From: Polyangiaceae bacterium
GTDB lineage: Bacteria; Myxococcota_A; Polyangia; Polyangiales; Polyangiaceae
DNA length: 64,000 nt
Assembly: GCA_965222375.1 (NCBI GenBank)
Contig: CBDCTZ010000008.1
Span: 320,001 to 384,000 of the forward strand
Direction: 5' to 3'
The notes beneath the pieces were generated by a model. That model did no database searches, was not told the DNA's origin, and saw only the letters and a program-made list of their open reading frames with translations. A program made the position numbers and the translations under genes. Numbering within the stretch: position 1 is the stretch's first letter; every line of letters begins with the position of its first letter. This document shows positions 19,910-29,583 of the stretch, piece by piece.

Positions 19910-20442
19910 TAAACATGTCGGATACGAAGCCCGCAGCCTCAAGCTCGCCCGAGAATACACGAGAGAGCTCCGGCATTTGGCCTTTCGTCCCCGCGGTGTT
20001 GCTGGGCGGCATGGTAGCCGGCCTGTTCTTGATGATGCGAATCGCGACGGACGATCCGAACTTCGCGGTCGAAAAGGACTACTACCAAAAGGCTCTGGAC
20101 TGGGACGCGACGCAGGCCCAGTCGCGAAGAAACCGCACCCTGGGCTGGAACATCACTCTACAGCCTCGCGAGTCAGGAAAGCGTACCGAACTGCGTGCTC
20201 GCGTTCTGGACAAGGACGGAAAGCCGGTCGCGCTGTCGCGACTGACCGTAGAAGCGTTCCCCAATGCCGCGGCAAACCAGCGCACGACCCTGACCCTGAC
20301 GCCGACGGCCGCGGGCGACTACCAGGCGTTTCTCTCGCCATCCCATCGCGGCTTGTGGGAGTTTCGTTTCGTGGTTGATGCGCCCGGTGGCCGATTCACC
20401 CAGATCTTGCGAGAAGATCTGAAGATGGGTGGCGAGACATGA
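19906..20442 (+). CDS. ccoH: FixH/CcoH family protein
   Basis: TM helix then VEKDYYQKAL, GLWEF; operon position. Confidence 0.8.
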   Translation: MINMSDTKPAASSSPENTRESSGIWPFVPAVLLGGMVAGLFLMMRIATDDPNFAVEKDYYQKALDWDATQAQSRRNRTLGWNITLQPRESGKRTELRARVLDKDGKPVALSRLTVEAFPNAAANQRTTLTLTPTAAGDYQAFLSPSHRGLWEFRFVVDAPGGRFTQILREDLKMGGET

Positions 20443-21164
20443 CCGCAGCCATCCTGGTTGGTGTGTTCGTTGCTAGCGTGCTCGGTAGCGTGCACTGCGT
20501 CGGAATGTGCGGTGGGTTCGTCGCGGTCTACTCCAACGAGTCCCGTACACCCTGGCGTATGCACCTCAGCTACCACCTGGCTAGGCTCGTCAGCTACGCC
20601 AGCGTTGGCGCTATCTCAGGCGCCATTGGTAGCGTGTTCAACGCGGCAGGCAAGAGCTGGGGTGTGAGTCAAGCCGCTGGGACCCTCGCAGCTTTGATCA
20701 TGGTGCTTTGGGGGCTATCTATCGTTAGCGCGGAGTTGGGCCTGAAGCTGCCGCTGCCCCGTTTCACCCGCAGTCTAGGGCAACTCGCACGGCGCGTGCT
20801 GTCCCCCCGAGGGCGACCACCACTGCACGCGGCCGCGCTCCTGGGCCTCAGCTCGACTCTGCTGCCTTGCGGCTTCCTATATGCTTTCTACGTCGCAGCC
20901 GCAGCGACAGGAGCCGCGACGACCGGCGCCCTAGTCATGACCGCGTTTTGGCTAGGGACCGTACCCCTGTTGCTCGGTTTCGGAACCATGCTGCGGCATC
21001 TGTCCTTCGCGGTTCGCAAGCGGGTTCCTCTGGTTGGCGCGCTCGTATTGCTGACCCTTGGCTTCGTGCAGCTCTTTGGTCGCGTGAACGTACCTGCACA
21101 CGCGCTGGCTGCGGCGGATCCCGACCATCCCCCGGGCTGCCCACTGCACGGCGGAGGCAAGTGA
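20439..21164 (+). CDS. TauE/SafE (DsbD_2-like) membrane protein of cco clusters
   Basis: HCVGMCGG and LLPCGFLY motifs. Confidence 0.88.
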   Translation: MTAAILVGVFVASVLGSVHCVGMCGGFVAVYSNESRTPWRMHLSYHLARLVSYASVGAISGAIGSVFNAAGKSWGVSQAAGTLAALIMVLWGLSIVSAELGLKLPLPRFTRSLGQLARRVLSPRGRPPLHAAALLGLSSTLLPCGFLYAFYVAAAATGAATTGALVMTAFWLGTVPLLLGFGTMLRHLSFAVRKRVPLVGALVLLTLGFVQLFGRVNVPAHALAAADPDHPPGCPLHGGGK

Positions 21165-23596
21165 CCGATAGCGCGCTCCCCTACCTATCACCAGCTGCAA
21201 CCAGCGTGGCCTGCGCGCACTGCGGCCTGCCTGCCCCCAAGGACAGGGATGAGCCCGAGGGTCCCGCCTTTTGCTGCGAAGGCTGCCGCACCGTGTACGC
21301 GGTGATCATGGATGCAGGGCTGGAGCGCTACTACGAGCACCGCGCGGAGTTCGATGCCGACGCTGGCCCCGCCGACGCCACGGCGAACACCTACGCGGCC
21401 TTGGATGATGGCAGCGCTCTGGAACAATTCACGCGCCCCGGACCCGGCGGCGCCCTGAACGCCGAATTCGCCTTGGAAAACCTGCACTGCGCCGCCTGCG
21501 TCTGGCTCGTCGAGCGCCTGGACCAAGTCGTGCCCGGAGTGCTGTCGGCGGAAGTGCGCTTCGCAGAGCGAAGCGTGCGTGTGAACTTCGACGCCCAGCG
21601 CGCCAAACTCGGTGATGTCGCCCGAGGCCTCGCCGCTCTAGGTTATCCCCCGCATCTCGCGGTCCAGACAGACGCGCAACGACTGCGCACTCTGGAGGAT
21701 CGCGCACTATTGACCCGAATCGGGGTCGCGGGCGCGTGTGCCGGCAACGTCATGCTCATCGCCTTCGCGCTCTACAGCGGCGCCGACGCGCATTTCGCGG
21801 AGTATTTTCGCTATGCCGCGCTCGGCCTGAGCGTCCCCGCGGTGTTTTGGTCCGGCAGCTCGTTCTTCCGGGGCGCTTGGTCCGCCCTTCGGGTTCGGTC
21901 GCCACACATGGACCTGCCTGTGAGCCTGGGGCTATTGGCGGGTTTTCTATCCGGCGCCATCAACACCGTCCGCGGGCAAGGCGAAATCTACTTCGACTCG
22001 GTCACCGCCATCGTCTTTCTGCTCTTGGTCGGTCGCTACATCGAGCGGCGGCAGCACCACGCGGCGGAGGGCGCTCGGGAACACGTCTCCGCGCTATTCC
22101 CTCACGTCGCGCGAGTCGTCGAAGACAGCGGCGATCGAGAGTTGCCGATTCAAGCCGTTCGCCCAGGCATGCGACTTTCCGTGCTGCCCGGGGAGAGTTT
22201 TCCAGCAGATGGTGAGGTCTCGCGAGGACACTCCAGTGTGGACATGTCTCCACTCACTGGTGAATCCTTGCCAGTTAACGTTGGCCCCGGAAGTGCGGTG
22301 TTTGCTGGCACGGTCAACACGGCCTCGGCCCTCACGCTTGTAGCCTCCGCCAGCGGGACCGAGACGCGATTGGGACGCCTGCTGGACGAGATGCGGCACG
22401 CGGAGTCTCGGCGCGCCCCGATTCAACGACTGGCAGACCGCTTTGCAGGTCGGTTCGTGATTGGGGTTCTCGCCCTTTCGGTCGTCACGCTGTTGGTTTG
22501 GGCCCCGTTCGACTTGTCTCGCGGGTTGCAGAGCGCCATCGCGCTGCTCATCGTGACGTGCCCCTGCGCACTTGGTTTGGCCACACCCTTGGCCGTTTCG
22601 GCTGCGCTCGGGAAAGCAGCGCGCCGCGGCCTGTTGATTCGCCATGGCGAAGCCCTGGAGCGACTGGCGAGGCCATCCCTGCTGATCTTCGACAAGACCG
22701 GGACCTTGACGACCGGCCGGCTCCGTCGCGAACTCGTGCTGGGCGACACGACCGCCCTACCCCTGGGCGCGGCCGTCGCCAGTGAGTCTCCCCACCCGAT
22801 CGCGCGGGCACTGTGTCTTGATGTTCCGCTGCCAACAGGTGTCTTGGTTTCGGAGCGGCGCGCGTTCCCAGGCCAGGGCTTGGTCGCCGACTGCGGCGGC
22901 GAGGAAGTCTGTGTCGGGCAGCTCGCCTTCCTCGAGGGCCGGGGCAAGTCGATCTCCGAAGAGTTGGCCGCGTTGGCCCGACGCCACCAGGACGCGGGCA
23001 TGTCCTGTTCCTTCATCTCCAGAGGACGGCGCGTCGTTGCCGTGGCGATTTTCGCGGACTCGATCCGCCCTGAAGCGCGCGATGTGCTGCGAGAGCTCCG
23101 CGAAAAAGGCCATAGCCTCGCCATCGCCTCGGGTGACCACGAGGCGACGGTTCAGAGACTCGCGGAGCGCCTGGACCAACCCTTCCGATTCGTTCGCGGC
23201 GGTCTGGGGCCGCAGAACAAGGCTCAGCTCGTCGAGGAGTACTCCCGGTCCGAACAAGGCGTCGTCATGGTAGGTGACGGTATCAACGACTCGGCAGCAC
23301 TGCTGACGGCCGGCGTAGGAGTGGCCGTTCATGGCGGGGCGGAGGCGAGTTTGGCCGCGGCGGACGTGTACTCGGCGCGACCCGGACTCGCCATGCTGCC
23401 GCCACTCTTCGCCGGAGCCCGGCGCACTCTGCACGTCGTGAAGCGGAACCTGCGCCTTTCACTCGCCTACAACGGTGTCTGCGCCGGGCTGGCAATCACC
23501 GGCTACATTTCGCCACTACTGGCCGCCGTGCTGATGCCACTCTCGTCCCTGACCGTCGTGATCAGCTCCTACCGCGCGCGGACCTTCCAGCCATGA
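21161..23596 (+). CDS. ccoI: Copper P1B-type ATPase CcoI/FixI
   Basis: GTG overlapping the upstream stop after GGAGG; CAHC, CCEGC, HCAAC, CPC, DKTGT, GDGIND. Confidence 0.92.
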   Translation: MTDSALPYLSPAATSVACAHCGLPAPKDRDEPEGPAFCCEGCRTVYAVIMDAGLERYYEHRAEFDADAGPADATANTYAALDDGSALEQFTRPGPGGALNAEFALENLHCAACVWLVERLDQVVPGVLSAEVRFAERSVRVNFDAQRAKLGDVARGLAALGYPPHLAVQTDAQRLRTLEDRALLTRIGVAGACAGNVMLIAFALYSGADAHFAEYFRYAALGLSVPAVFWSGSSFFRGAWSALRVRSPHMDLPVSLGLLAGFLSGAINTVRGQGEIYFDSVTAIVFLLLVGRYIERRQHHAAEGAREHVSALFPHVARVVEDSGDRELPIQAVRPGMRLSVLPGESFPADGEVSRGHSSVDMSPLTGESLPVNVGPGSAVFAGTVNTASALTLVASASGTETRLGRLLDEMRHAESRRAPIQRLADRFAGRFVIGVLALSVVTLLVWAPFDLSRGLQSAIALLIVTCPCALGLATPLAVSAALGKAARRGLLIRHGEALERLARPSLLIFDKTGTLTTGRLRRELVLGDTTALPLGAAVASESPHPIARALCLDVPLPTGVLVSERRAFPGQGLVADCGGEEVCVGQLAFLEGRGKSISEELAALARRHQDAGMSCSFISRGRRVVAVAIFADSIRPEARDVLRELREKGHSLAIASGDHEATVQRLAERLDQPFRFVRGGLGPQNKAQLVEEYSRSEQGVVMVGDGINDSAALLTAGVGVAVHGGAEASLAAADVYSARPGLAMLPPLFAGARRTLHVVKRNLRLSLAYNGVCAGLAITGYISPLLAAVLMPLSSLTVVISSYRARTFQP

Positions 23597-23781
23597 GCGT
23601 GCTGTTCATCGTGTTCCCACTGGCGCTACTTATCGCCGCCGCCTTCGTCCTGGCCTTCGCCTGGGCGAGCCGTCGAGGCCAATTCGACGACTTGGACACC
23701 CCCGCGATGCGGGTTCTCCACGACGACGAACCGGCCCGTCCCAGCGCAACCGATGCCGATACCGCCGCGCCCGACGCATGA
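23593..23781 (+). CDS. ccoS: cbb3 assembly protein CcoS/FixS
   Basis: TM helix then WASRRGQFDDLDTPAMRVL. Confidence 0.92.
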   Translation: MSVLFIVFPLALLIAAAFVLAFAWASRRGQFDDLDTPAMRVLHDDEPARPSATDADTAAPDA

Positions 23782-23830
23782 TATGCGCGCGATCCGAGAA
23801 AAAGTTGTCGAAATGCAACAAATTCCAGTC

Positions 23831-23846
23831 AGGCACGCCGAGTGCA
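23831..23846 (+). promoter_or_regulatory. sigma54 -24/-12 promoter upstream of the NtrC-type regulator
   Basis: AGGCACGCCGAGTGCA (GG-N10-GC). Confidence 0.55.
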
Positions 23847-23897
23847 GAGGCCGTTCGGCGCGCATAGACTGCGCTCGCAGCAAGGAAGAGGTGCTAC

Positions 23898-25307
23898 GTG
23901 GCCAGCAAAGGAAGCATTCTCGTCGTTGACGACGAGCCGAACGCACGGACCGCTCTCGCGGAAATCCTGAAGGAAGAGGGCTACAGCGTCGAAACCGCCG
24001 CTGACGGCTTCAAAGCGCTCTCGCGCTTCGAAGACTTCGGTCCGGACCTGGTGCTGACGGATCTGAAGATGCCCGGCATGGATGGTGTCGAGCTCTTGAA
24101 GAAGCTCCGCGTCCAGGTGCCCGACTTGCCGGTGGTGCTCATGACGGCATTCGGCGCAGTGGAGACCGCTGTCTCCGCGATGCGCGAAGGCGCTGACGAC
24201 TACCTCACCAAGCCGCTCAACACCGACGAGCTGGTGTTGGTCATCGAGCGCTGCCTCGAGCGCTTGCGCCTGCGCCGTGAAACTCAGGAACTCCGCACTC
24301 AGTTGGCGGAGCGATACCGCTTCGACACCATTGTCGGCTCTTCTCCGGAGATGCAGGAAGTCTTCAAGTCCGTCGCCCAGGTTGCGCCGAGCCGCGCCAC
24401 CGTGCTGCTGACCGGAGAGTCGGGCACTGGCAAGGAGCTGGTTGCAGCAGCAATACATCACCGCTCGCCGCGCCAAGAGGGTCCCTTCGTCAAGTTACAC
24501 TGCGCGGCACTCGCAGAAACACTTCTGGAAAGCGAGCTCTTCGGCCACGAGCGCGGCGCCTATACGGGCGCCGATCGGCGTCGAGAAGGCCGCTTCGAAC
24601 AGGCCGACGGCGGCACTCTGTTTCTTGATGAGATCGGGGAAATCACTCCTTCCACGCAGGTGAAACTGCTGCGCGTCCTGCAGGAGCGCGAGTTCGAGCG
24701 AGTCGGTGGAAACCAGACCTTGGCGGTGGACGTTCGTGTTATCGCGGCGACCAATCGCGACCTGCGCCAGCTCGTCACAGAAGGCAAGTTCCGCGAAGAT
24801 CTGTACTACCGGCTGAACGTCATCAACATCCAGATGCCACCCTTGCGTCGGCGTCCCTCGGACACGCCCGCGCTCGCCATGCATTTCCTCGAGCGCTTCG
24901 CCAAGGAAAACGAGAAGGGCAATATGACGCTGAGCGATGGCTGCCTAGCCGTGCTCGCCGCCTATGACTGGCCGGGCAACGTGCGCGAACTCGAAAACGT
25001 CATCGAACGCGCCGTCGTACTGACCGAAGACACCATCGTGGAGGCGCGCCACCTACCCTCGGAGCTTTCCCGGCAGAATGCCGAGGATGCGGCACCACGC
25101 ATCCCGGGCTCGGCAATGGCGGACATCGAGCGGTACGCGATTCTCAAGACCCTGGAAGCACACGGTGGCTCGACCAGCAAGGCTGCAGAGGTTCTGGGCA
25201 TCAGCGTACGCAAGATCCAGTACAAGCTGCACGAATACGGTGCCGCACCCAAGAGCCAAGTACCGGCGGTGCGCAGAGAGGCACCCGCGGCAAAAGCTGA
25301 GGCCTGA
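23898..25307 (+). CDS. sigma54-dependent response regulator (NtrC family)
   Basis: Receiver [39 protein letters not shown]-terminal HTH. Confidence 0.95.
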   Translation: MASKGSILVVDDEPNARTALAEILKEEGYSVETAADGFKALSRFEDFGPDLVLTDLKMPGMDGVELLKKLRVQVPDLPVVLMTAFGAVETAVSAMREGADDYLTKPLNTDELVLVIERCLERLRLRRETQELRTQLAERYRFDTIVGSSPEMQEVFKSVAQVAPSRATVLLTGESGTGKELVAAAIHHRSPRQEGPFVKLHCAALAETLLESELFGHERGAYTGADRRREGRFEQADGGTLFLDEIGEITPSTQVKLLRVLQEREFERVGGNQTLAVDVRVIAATNRDLRQLVTEGKFREDLYYRLNVINIQMPPLRRRPSDTPALAMHFLERFAKENEKGNMTLSDGCLAVLAAYDWPGNVRELENVIERAVVLTEDTIVEARHLPSELSRQNAEDAAPRIPGSAMADIERYAILKTLEAHGGSTSKAAEVLGISVRKIQYKLHEYGAAPKSQVPAVRREAPAAKAEA

Positions 25308-25335
25308 GCGCTCGCGGTCAGCGGAGACAGTCGCG

Positions 25336-25785
25336 ATGCCCCTGTTCCAACGTGTCCTCGTGCCCGTGGACTTCTCCGATTGTTCGAGGGAGGCGCTGAC
25401 GCTAGCGCTTCAATTCGCCGAGGCATTCCAGTCAAAGGTACGTGTCCTGCACATCTGGCAACCACCGGATTTCGCGGGAGCAGACCTGATGGTGATGGCC
25501 CACTCCGAGGGAGTCAGCCTCGGTCAATACGGAAAACGCAAAGCCGCAGAGGCCATGGCGGAGTTGCTCCACAGTTGTGGTGCGACAGACAAAGTAGAGT
25601 CCGAGATCGCCATCGGCGATCCCCGCCACTCCATCGTCGAGTTCGCGAAGAGCTCGGACGCAGACTTGATCATCATGGGCACCCACGGCCGGACGGGGCG
25701 AGCAAGGCTCTTTGCCGGAAGCGTGGCCGAGGCGGTGGTGCGCTGCGCGCACATCCCCGTGCTCACCGTGCACGAGCGCCGCTGA
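25336..25785 (+). CDS. Universal stress protein
   Basis: GGAG before ATG 25336; VPVDFS, IMGTHGRTG, GSVAEAVVR. Confidence 0.92.
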   Translation: MPLFQRVLVPVDFSDCSREALTLALQFAEAFQSKVRVLHIWQPPDFAGADLMVMAHSEGVSLGQYGKRKAAEAMAELLHSCGATDKVESEIAIGDPRHSIVEFAKSSDADLIIMGTHGRTGRARLFAGSVAEAVVRCAHIPVLTVHERR

Positions 25786-25787
25786 GG

Positions 25788-26252
25788 TCAGTCCGCGCGA
25801 ACGGTCAGCACCGGGCACACCGCGCGCCGCAGCACCTGATTGGTTACGCTTCCGATCAACGCACGTTCGACCCAGCCCATTCCGTGTGCGCCGAGAGCCA
25901 AGAGGATGGTCCCGGGCTGCTCGCTTTGAGCGGTCAGCACATCAGGCGCGTGACCCGCGACGAGCTCCGTGGACAGCGGGACAGCCGTCGGCCCCAACTG
26001 CTCAAGCAGCTCCTCGAAGCGCTCATCGGCTGCCTTCTCGGCGTGATCCATCAGAGAGGTGCCTTGCACCCCATCAGTCCACACCATGACGTCCGTGTGA
26101 AACATCTGTGGTGGCTGCCAGACGTTCACGAAGTGCACGTCTGCATGCATTCGCACCGCCACCTCCAGCGCCGCCTTGGCAGCCTTGATCGCAGCATCCG
26201 AAAAATCCATCCCCACAACGATCCGTCGCGTGGGCGCGTTGGCCTCAGTCAT
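25788..26252 (-). CDS. Universal stress protein
   Basis: VGMDFS, LGAHG, IGSVTNQVLRRAVCPVL. Confidence 0.92.
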   Translation of the reverse strand: MTEANAPTRRIVVGMDFSDAAIKAAKAALEVAVRMHADVHFVNVWQPPQMFHTDVMVWTDGVQGTSLMDHAEKAADERFEELLEQLGPTAVPLSTELVAGHAPDVLTAQSEQPGTILLALGAHGMGWVERALIGSVTNQVLRRAVCPVLTVRAD

Positions 26253-26276
26253 TGGTCGAGTTCCGCGATGAAAACA

Positions 26277-26305
26277 TTGATCCAGGTGAGTCGACGGGGA
26301 TTCGA
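26277..26305 (-). repeat. Degenerate copy of the tRNA-Lys 3' end and flank
   Basis: 28 of 29 nt identical to 26425-26453. Confidence 0.85.
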
Positions 26306-26434
26306 GCCGGCGGCGAATGGATCCGGAAATCCAGTCAACCTCGATCTAGGGACGGATCGCATTCCCCATGAGGCCTGAATCCCCCTCACAGGTCCGACAC
26401 TGTTGGAACTCGCGATGGGCATCGTTGATCCAGG

Positions 26435-26509
26435 TGGGTCGACGGGGATTCGAACCCCGGACCGACGGATTAAAAATCCGCAGCTCTAACCAGGCTGAGC
26501 TATCGACCC
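26435..26509 (-). tRNA. tRNA-Lys (UUU), CCA not encoded
   Basis: Acceptor GGGTCGA/TCGACCC, D arm GCTC/GAGC, anticodon loop TTTTTAA, T loop TTCGAAT. Confidence 0.96.
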
Positions 26510-26649
26510 GCCGGCATAGCTAGGCTGACTTGCCGCCGGTGTCCAGACCCCGCGCGCATCCGGCGGTTTGAGGGCCTCGCGCGCTCCTCTAGACAAACCG
26601 TTGCTGTGTGTAGTTCGCCGTGGGTCGCGGGCAAATCTATACTGCGCGT

Positions 26650-27390
26650 GTGCAGCGAACAGCGCCCGAGCGCGGCACCACTCGGCAGTCTTGGCCTCTC
26701 GCGACGATGACACTCGCGAGCACCCTCGGCTGCGCGTCCTCGCCGCCGCCGTCGACGGCTCCCCCTCCGGTGGCAGCAACCGCTTCAAACTCCATGCCCT
26801 GGAGCGAGAACTTCCAAGGCGCGCTGGATTGGGGCTCGCCCTCACGCCACTCCCGAGACCTCCTGGCACGTGTCTACGCCATCGCCACTGAGCCCGCTGG
26901 CAGCTTCCTGCGTGCACGCCACGACGCTACCGGAGACAACCCACCTCCGGCCATGCACTACGGCCACGGCTTCGAACGCGACCCACCCCGCCTCGACAAA
27001 TACCCGCTGCTGCGATTCCGCTGGCGCGTCCGCCAGCACCCGAACGTGGCCGCCGACCCCTGGCTCGACCTCGGTGCCAGCGTCTACGTCGTGATGAAGC
27101 AACCCGGCCTGCTCAGCGGCGGGCGAGGCTTCAAATTGGGCTGGGTCGCAAAACCCGCTCCCGTAGGCACGCGACAGCGCGGACTGCTCCAGGTCCCGAT
27201 CCGAAGCGACGCCGCGTCGGACAAGTGGCGACCGGAAGAAGTGGATCTCTGCGCGCTGTATCGCCGCAGCTACGGCCCATGTGAAGGCGAACGCATCGTG
27301 TATGTGGGCGTCGTGACCGACGCGGATGGTACGAATTCCGTCGCAGCCGGCGACTACGCCGATTTCACCCTCGACCCCCGCTTCCCCTGA
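26650..27390 (+). CDS. DUF3047 domain protein, probable lipoprotein
   Basis: YPLLRFRWRV, ASVYVV, VGVVTDADGT; TLGC lipobox-like motif; start uncertain (26620-26707). Confidence 0.75.
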   Translation: MQRTAPERGTTRQSWPLATMTLASTLGCASSPPPSTAPPPVAATASNSMPWSENFQGALDWGSPSRHSRDLLARVYAIATEPAGSFLRARHDATGDNPPPAMHYGHGFERDPPRLDKYPLLRFRWRVRQHPNVAADPWLDLGASVYVVMKQPGLLSGGRGFKLGWVAKPAPVGTRQRGLLQVPIRSDAASDKWRPEEVDLCALYRRSYGPCEGERIVYVGVVTDADGTNSVAAGDYADFTLDPRFP

Positions 27391-27393
27391 TTT

Positions 27394-27556
27394 GGTTTGG
27401 TTTGTAGGGTCGCAGCGCTGGGTCGACGCTGGGCCACTACTCCCGCGCCAGGCCGCGCGGTCCGAGGCTGAAACAGATGATCCAAGCCGTATCCGGCGCC
27501 TCCGCTCGAGAATAGCGCTCCGGTTCCGACCCAACGCCGCGACCCAAACCCAAACC
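27394..27556. repeat. Intergenic element with imperfect terminal inverted repeats (MITE/REP-like)
   Basis: 27407-27425 matches the reverse complement of 27527-27545 at 17 of 19 nt; flanked by GGTTT-type tracts. Confidence 0.65.
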
Positions 27557-29455
27557 TCACTTCTTGATCGTCGGCGGCGGTAGGGGGTCCGGCGGTGGCG
27601 GTGGCGGTGGCGGTGGTGGTGGCGGTTTGATTGTCGGCGGAGGCGGCGGATCCGGGGGCGGCAGCGCAATGACTCCTCCGTCGGGCTCAGGATCCGGTGG
27701 CGGCTCAGCAAAGCCCGACCCCCCGCTGCCGTTGTCTTCGACCTGGAGCGGCTGCCCCGCGTCGTCCTCCTGCAGATTGGGCGCCGGCAGCGGGTCTGGG
27801 GGCGGCGGCATCAGGGGATCGCAAGCCAAAGGTGACAACGCGATGGCAGCAGCCGCAGCGGCCGTCCAACGGGGCACGGGGCGTAGGCGCACCGTGCCTC
27901 GGGCGGCGTCGAGCATCGCGCGACTCGCCTCCGCCACCTGAGCTTCGAGGGACGCATTGGCGCGGGTCACATCTTCGGTCAGAAGCTCGGTGAATTCCTC
28001 GAGGGCGCCTGGGTTCTCCGAACGCTCCGTGGCCGCAAACTCGACGACCTCGCGCATGCGTGCGACGGAGTCGCGATTGACTCGTCGACACACGGAGGTT
28101 GCGAGGTCTCGCAAGCTCGGCGTCAGAGCCCGGGGATAGAACTGCTTGAGGAGGTACAGGTAGTAACCCAGGGACAAATTGGAATTCATCAAGCCATCGC
28201 AGCGGAAGTTCCGATCCAGGAAGGCTTTGGAAAAGACTCGAAATGCCCGCTCCGCTGCGGGCTCGCTGATCGAGTAGTCCCACCCGAAGACATCGCCGCG
28301 CAGGCGCTCTTCGCGGTCGAGTTTCTTGAACAAAGGCGTACCCGGATAGATCTCCGTGCGGCAGAAGTTCATGGGAACGTCGGCATTGCGGTCCAAGAAA
28401 TCCAGGCTCTGCCGCAAGGAATGCAGCCGGGTCTCTGGGTCGAAGATCAACATGTTGAAACAGGCGTAGACGTCGCGCTGACGCAAGAACTCCAAGGCGC
28501 GCCGGTTTGCCTGGATGTCCACGCCGCGACCCAGGGTCTTGAGCCCTTGGCTGCTGCCCGCTTCGATACCGATGTAGACGCGCAGCAGTCCGATTTGCTT
28601 GAGGACCCGAAAAACATCCGGATCCAAGTCATCGGGCCGAGCCTTGAGCACCAGGGATACGTCCGTCACCCCACGCTCTTCAAAGGCGTCCCGAAGCGCA
28701 GTGACCCGCGCCAGATCTCGCGCTGGATCTCGGGTGAAGAAGTCATCGTCGTGGAAGACGAGCATGCGCGCACCGCGGGTGCGGCGAAGCTCCGCCACCT
28801 CATCAGCGATGTTGCCGGCACTACGCTCGCGGTACAGGTTGCCGCCGGCGTCTTTGATGTACGCGTGGATGCAACAAAACGTGCAGTGCCCATAGCAACC
28901 GCGGCTGCCCACCAAGAACGCAGCCGGGATCCCCATATGCAATTGAGGCGGACCAACCCGCTTCGGAAAAGCTATCGCATCCACGTCAGAAATCAGCGGC
29001 CGGGTGGGCGCCACCGCGAGACTGCCATCGGCGCGACGCGAGACCACGCCGGGGATCCCTTCCAAGGACTCGTGCGCCGAAAGCGCAGCGCACAATTCGA
29101 CCAGGGTTTGCTCGCCCTCGTGACGCACCACACTATCGATGGCGGGGTAGCGCTCGAGGACCTCTCGGAATGCAAAGGTCGGAAAGTGCCCACCAACCGT
29201 GATGTGCCCGCGATGCCCCGCCCGCCGGATCGCCGTGGACAGCCTTCCGAACTCGTCCGCCCGGCGCTGGAAGGTCATGGATAGACCGACGAGCTCCGGC
29301 GCACTCCGGGCAACCTCCGCGAGCACGTTTCGTGTGTCATCTTCGCCAGAAAAAGGCGCCAAGGTCACCTCGTGCCCTGTGGCCTCCAGAGCCGCTGCCA
29401 GGTAGCGGATCGCAAGATTCTCCTCGAGCTCTGAACCGATCAAAACGGCACGCAT
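27557..29455 (-). CDS. Cobalamin-binding radical SAM protein with C-terminal lipobox and Pro-rich tail
   Basis: N-terminal B12-binding region (VGLS, GGHFPT), SRGCYGHCTFC, IGIEAG, YPGTPL. Confidence 0.92.
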   Translation of the reverse strand: MRAVLIGSELEENLAIRYLAAALEATGHEVTLAPFSGEDDTRNVLAEVARSAPELVGLSMTFQRRADEFGRLSTAIRRAGHRGHITVGGHFPTFAFREVLERYPAIDSVVRHEGEQTLVELCAALSAHESLEGIPGVVSRRADGSLAVAPTRPLISDVDAIAFPKRVGPPQLHMGIPAAFLVGSRGCYGHCTFCCIHAYIKDAGGNLYRERSAGNIADEVAELRRTRGARMLVFHDDDFFTRDPARDLARVTALRDAFEERGVTDVSLVLKARPDDLDPDVFRVLKQIGLLRVYIGIEAGSSQGLKTLGRGVDIQANRRALEFLRQRDVYACFNMLIFDPETRLHSLRQSLDFLDRNADVPMNFCRTEIYPGTPLFKKLDREERLRGDVFGWDYSISEPAAERAFRVFSKAFLDRNFRCDGLMNSNLSLGYYLYLLKQFYPRALTPSLRDLATSVCRRVNRDSVARMREVVEFAATERSENPGALEEFTELLTEDVTRANASLEAQVAEASRAMLDAARGTVRLRPVPRWTAAAAAAIALSPLACDPLMPPPPDPLPAPNLQEDDAGQPLQVEDNGSGGSGFAEPPPDPEPDGGVIALPPPDPPPPPTIKPPPPPPPPPPPPDPLPPPTIKK

Positions 29456-29583
29456 AGCGCATCCCTCCTAGTGCGCCCCGACTGTGCACGACTTGGGCCG
29501 ACTTGGAATGCAGGCATAACGGTGGGGCCTTTGCGCAGCCGTTGCGGCGTGAGGTTTTGGCGCGGCACCCTCTGCGCGGCGCG

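Noticed and set aside
24550..24575. GAYTGA instead of GAFTGA in the NtrC-type regulator
   Set aside because: A conservative variant that occurs in natural sigma54 activators; not evidence of lost function.
10083..26509. Microoxic block as an intact tRNA-anchored genomic island
   Set aside because: No integrase, no distal att copy and no obvious compositional shift by eye.
27585..27630. GGCGGT-type short repeats as a CRISPR or contingency locus
   Set aside because: They are the codons of a poly-Pro tract; no spacer-repeat structure anywhere in the window.
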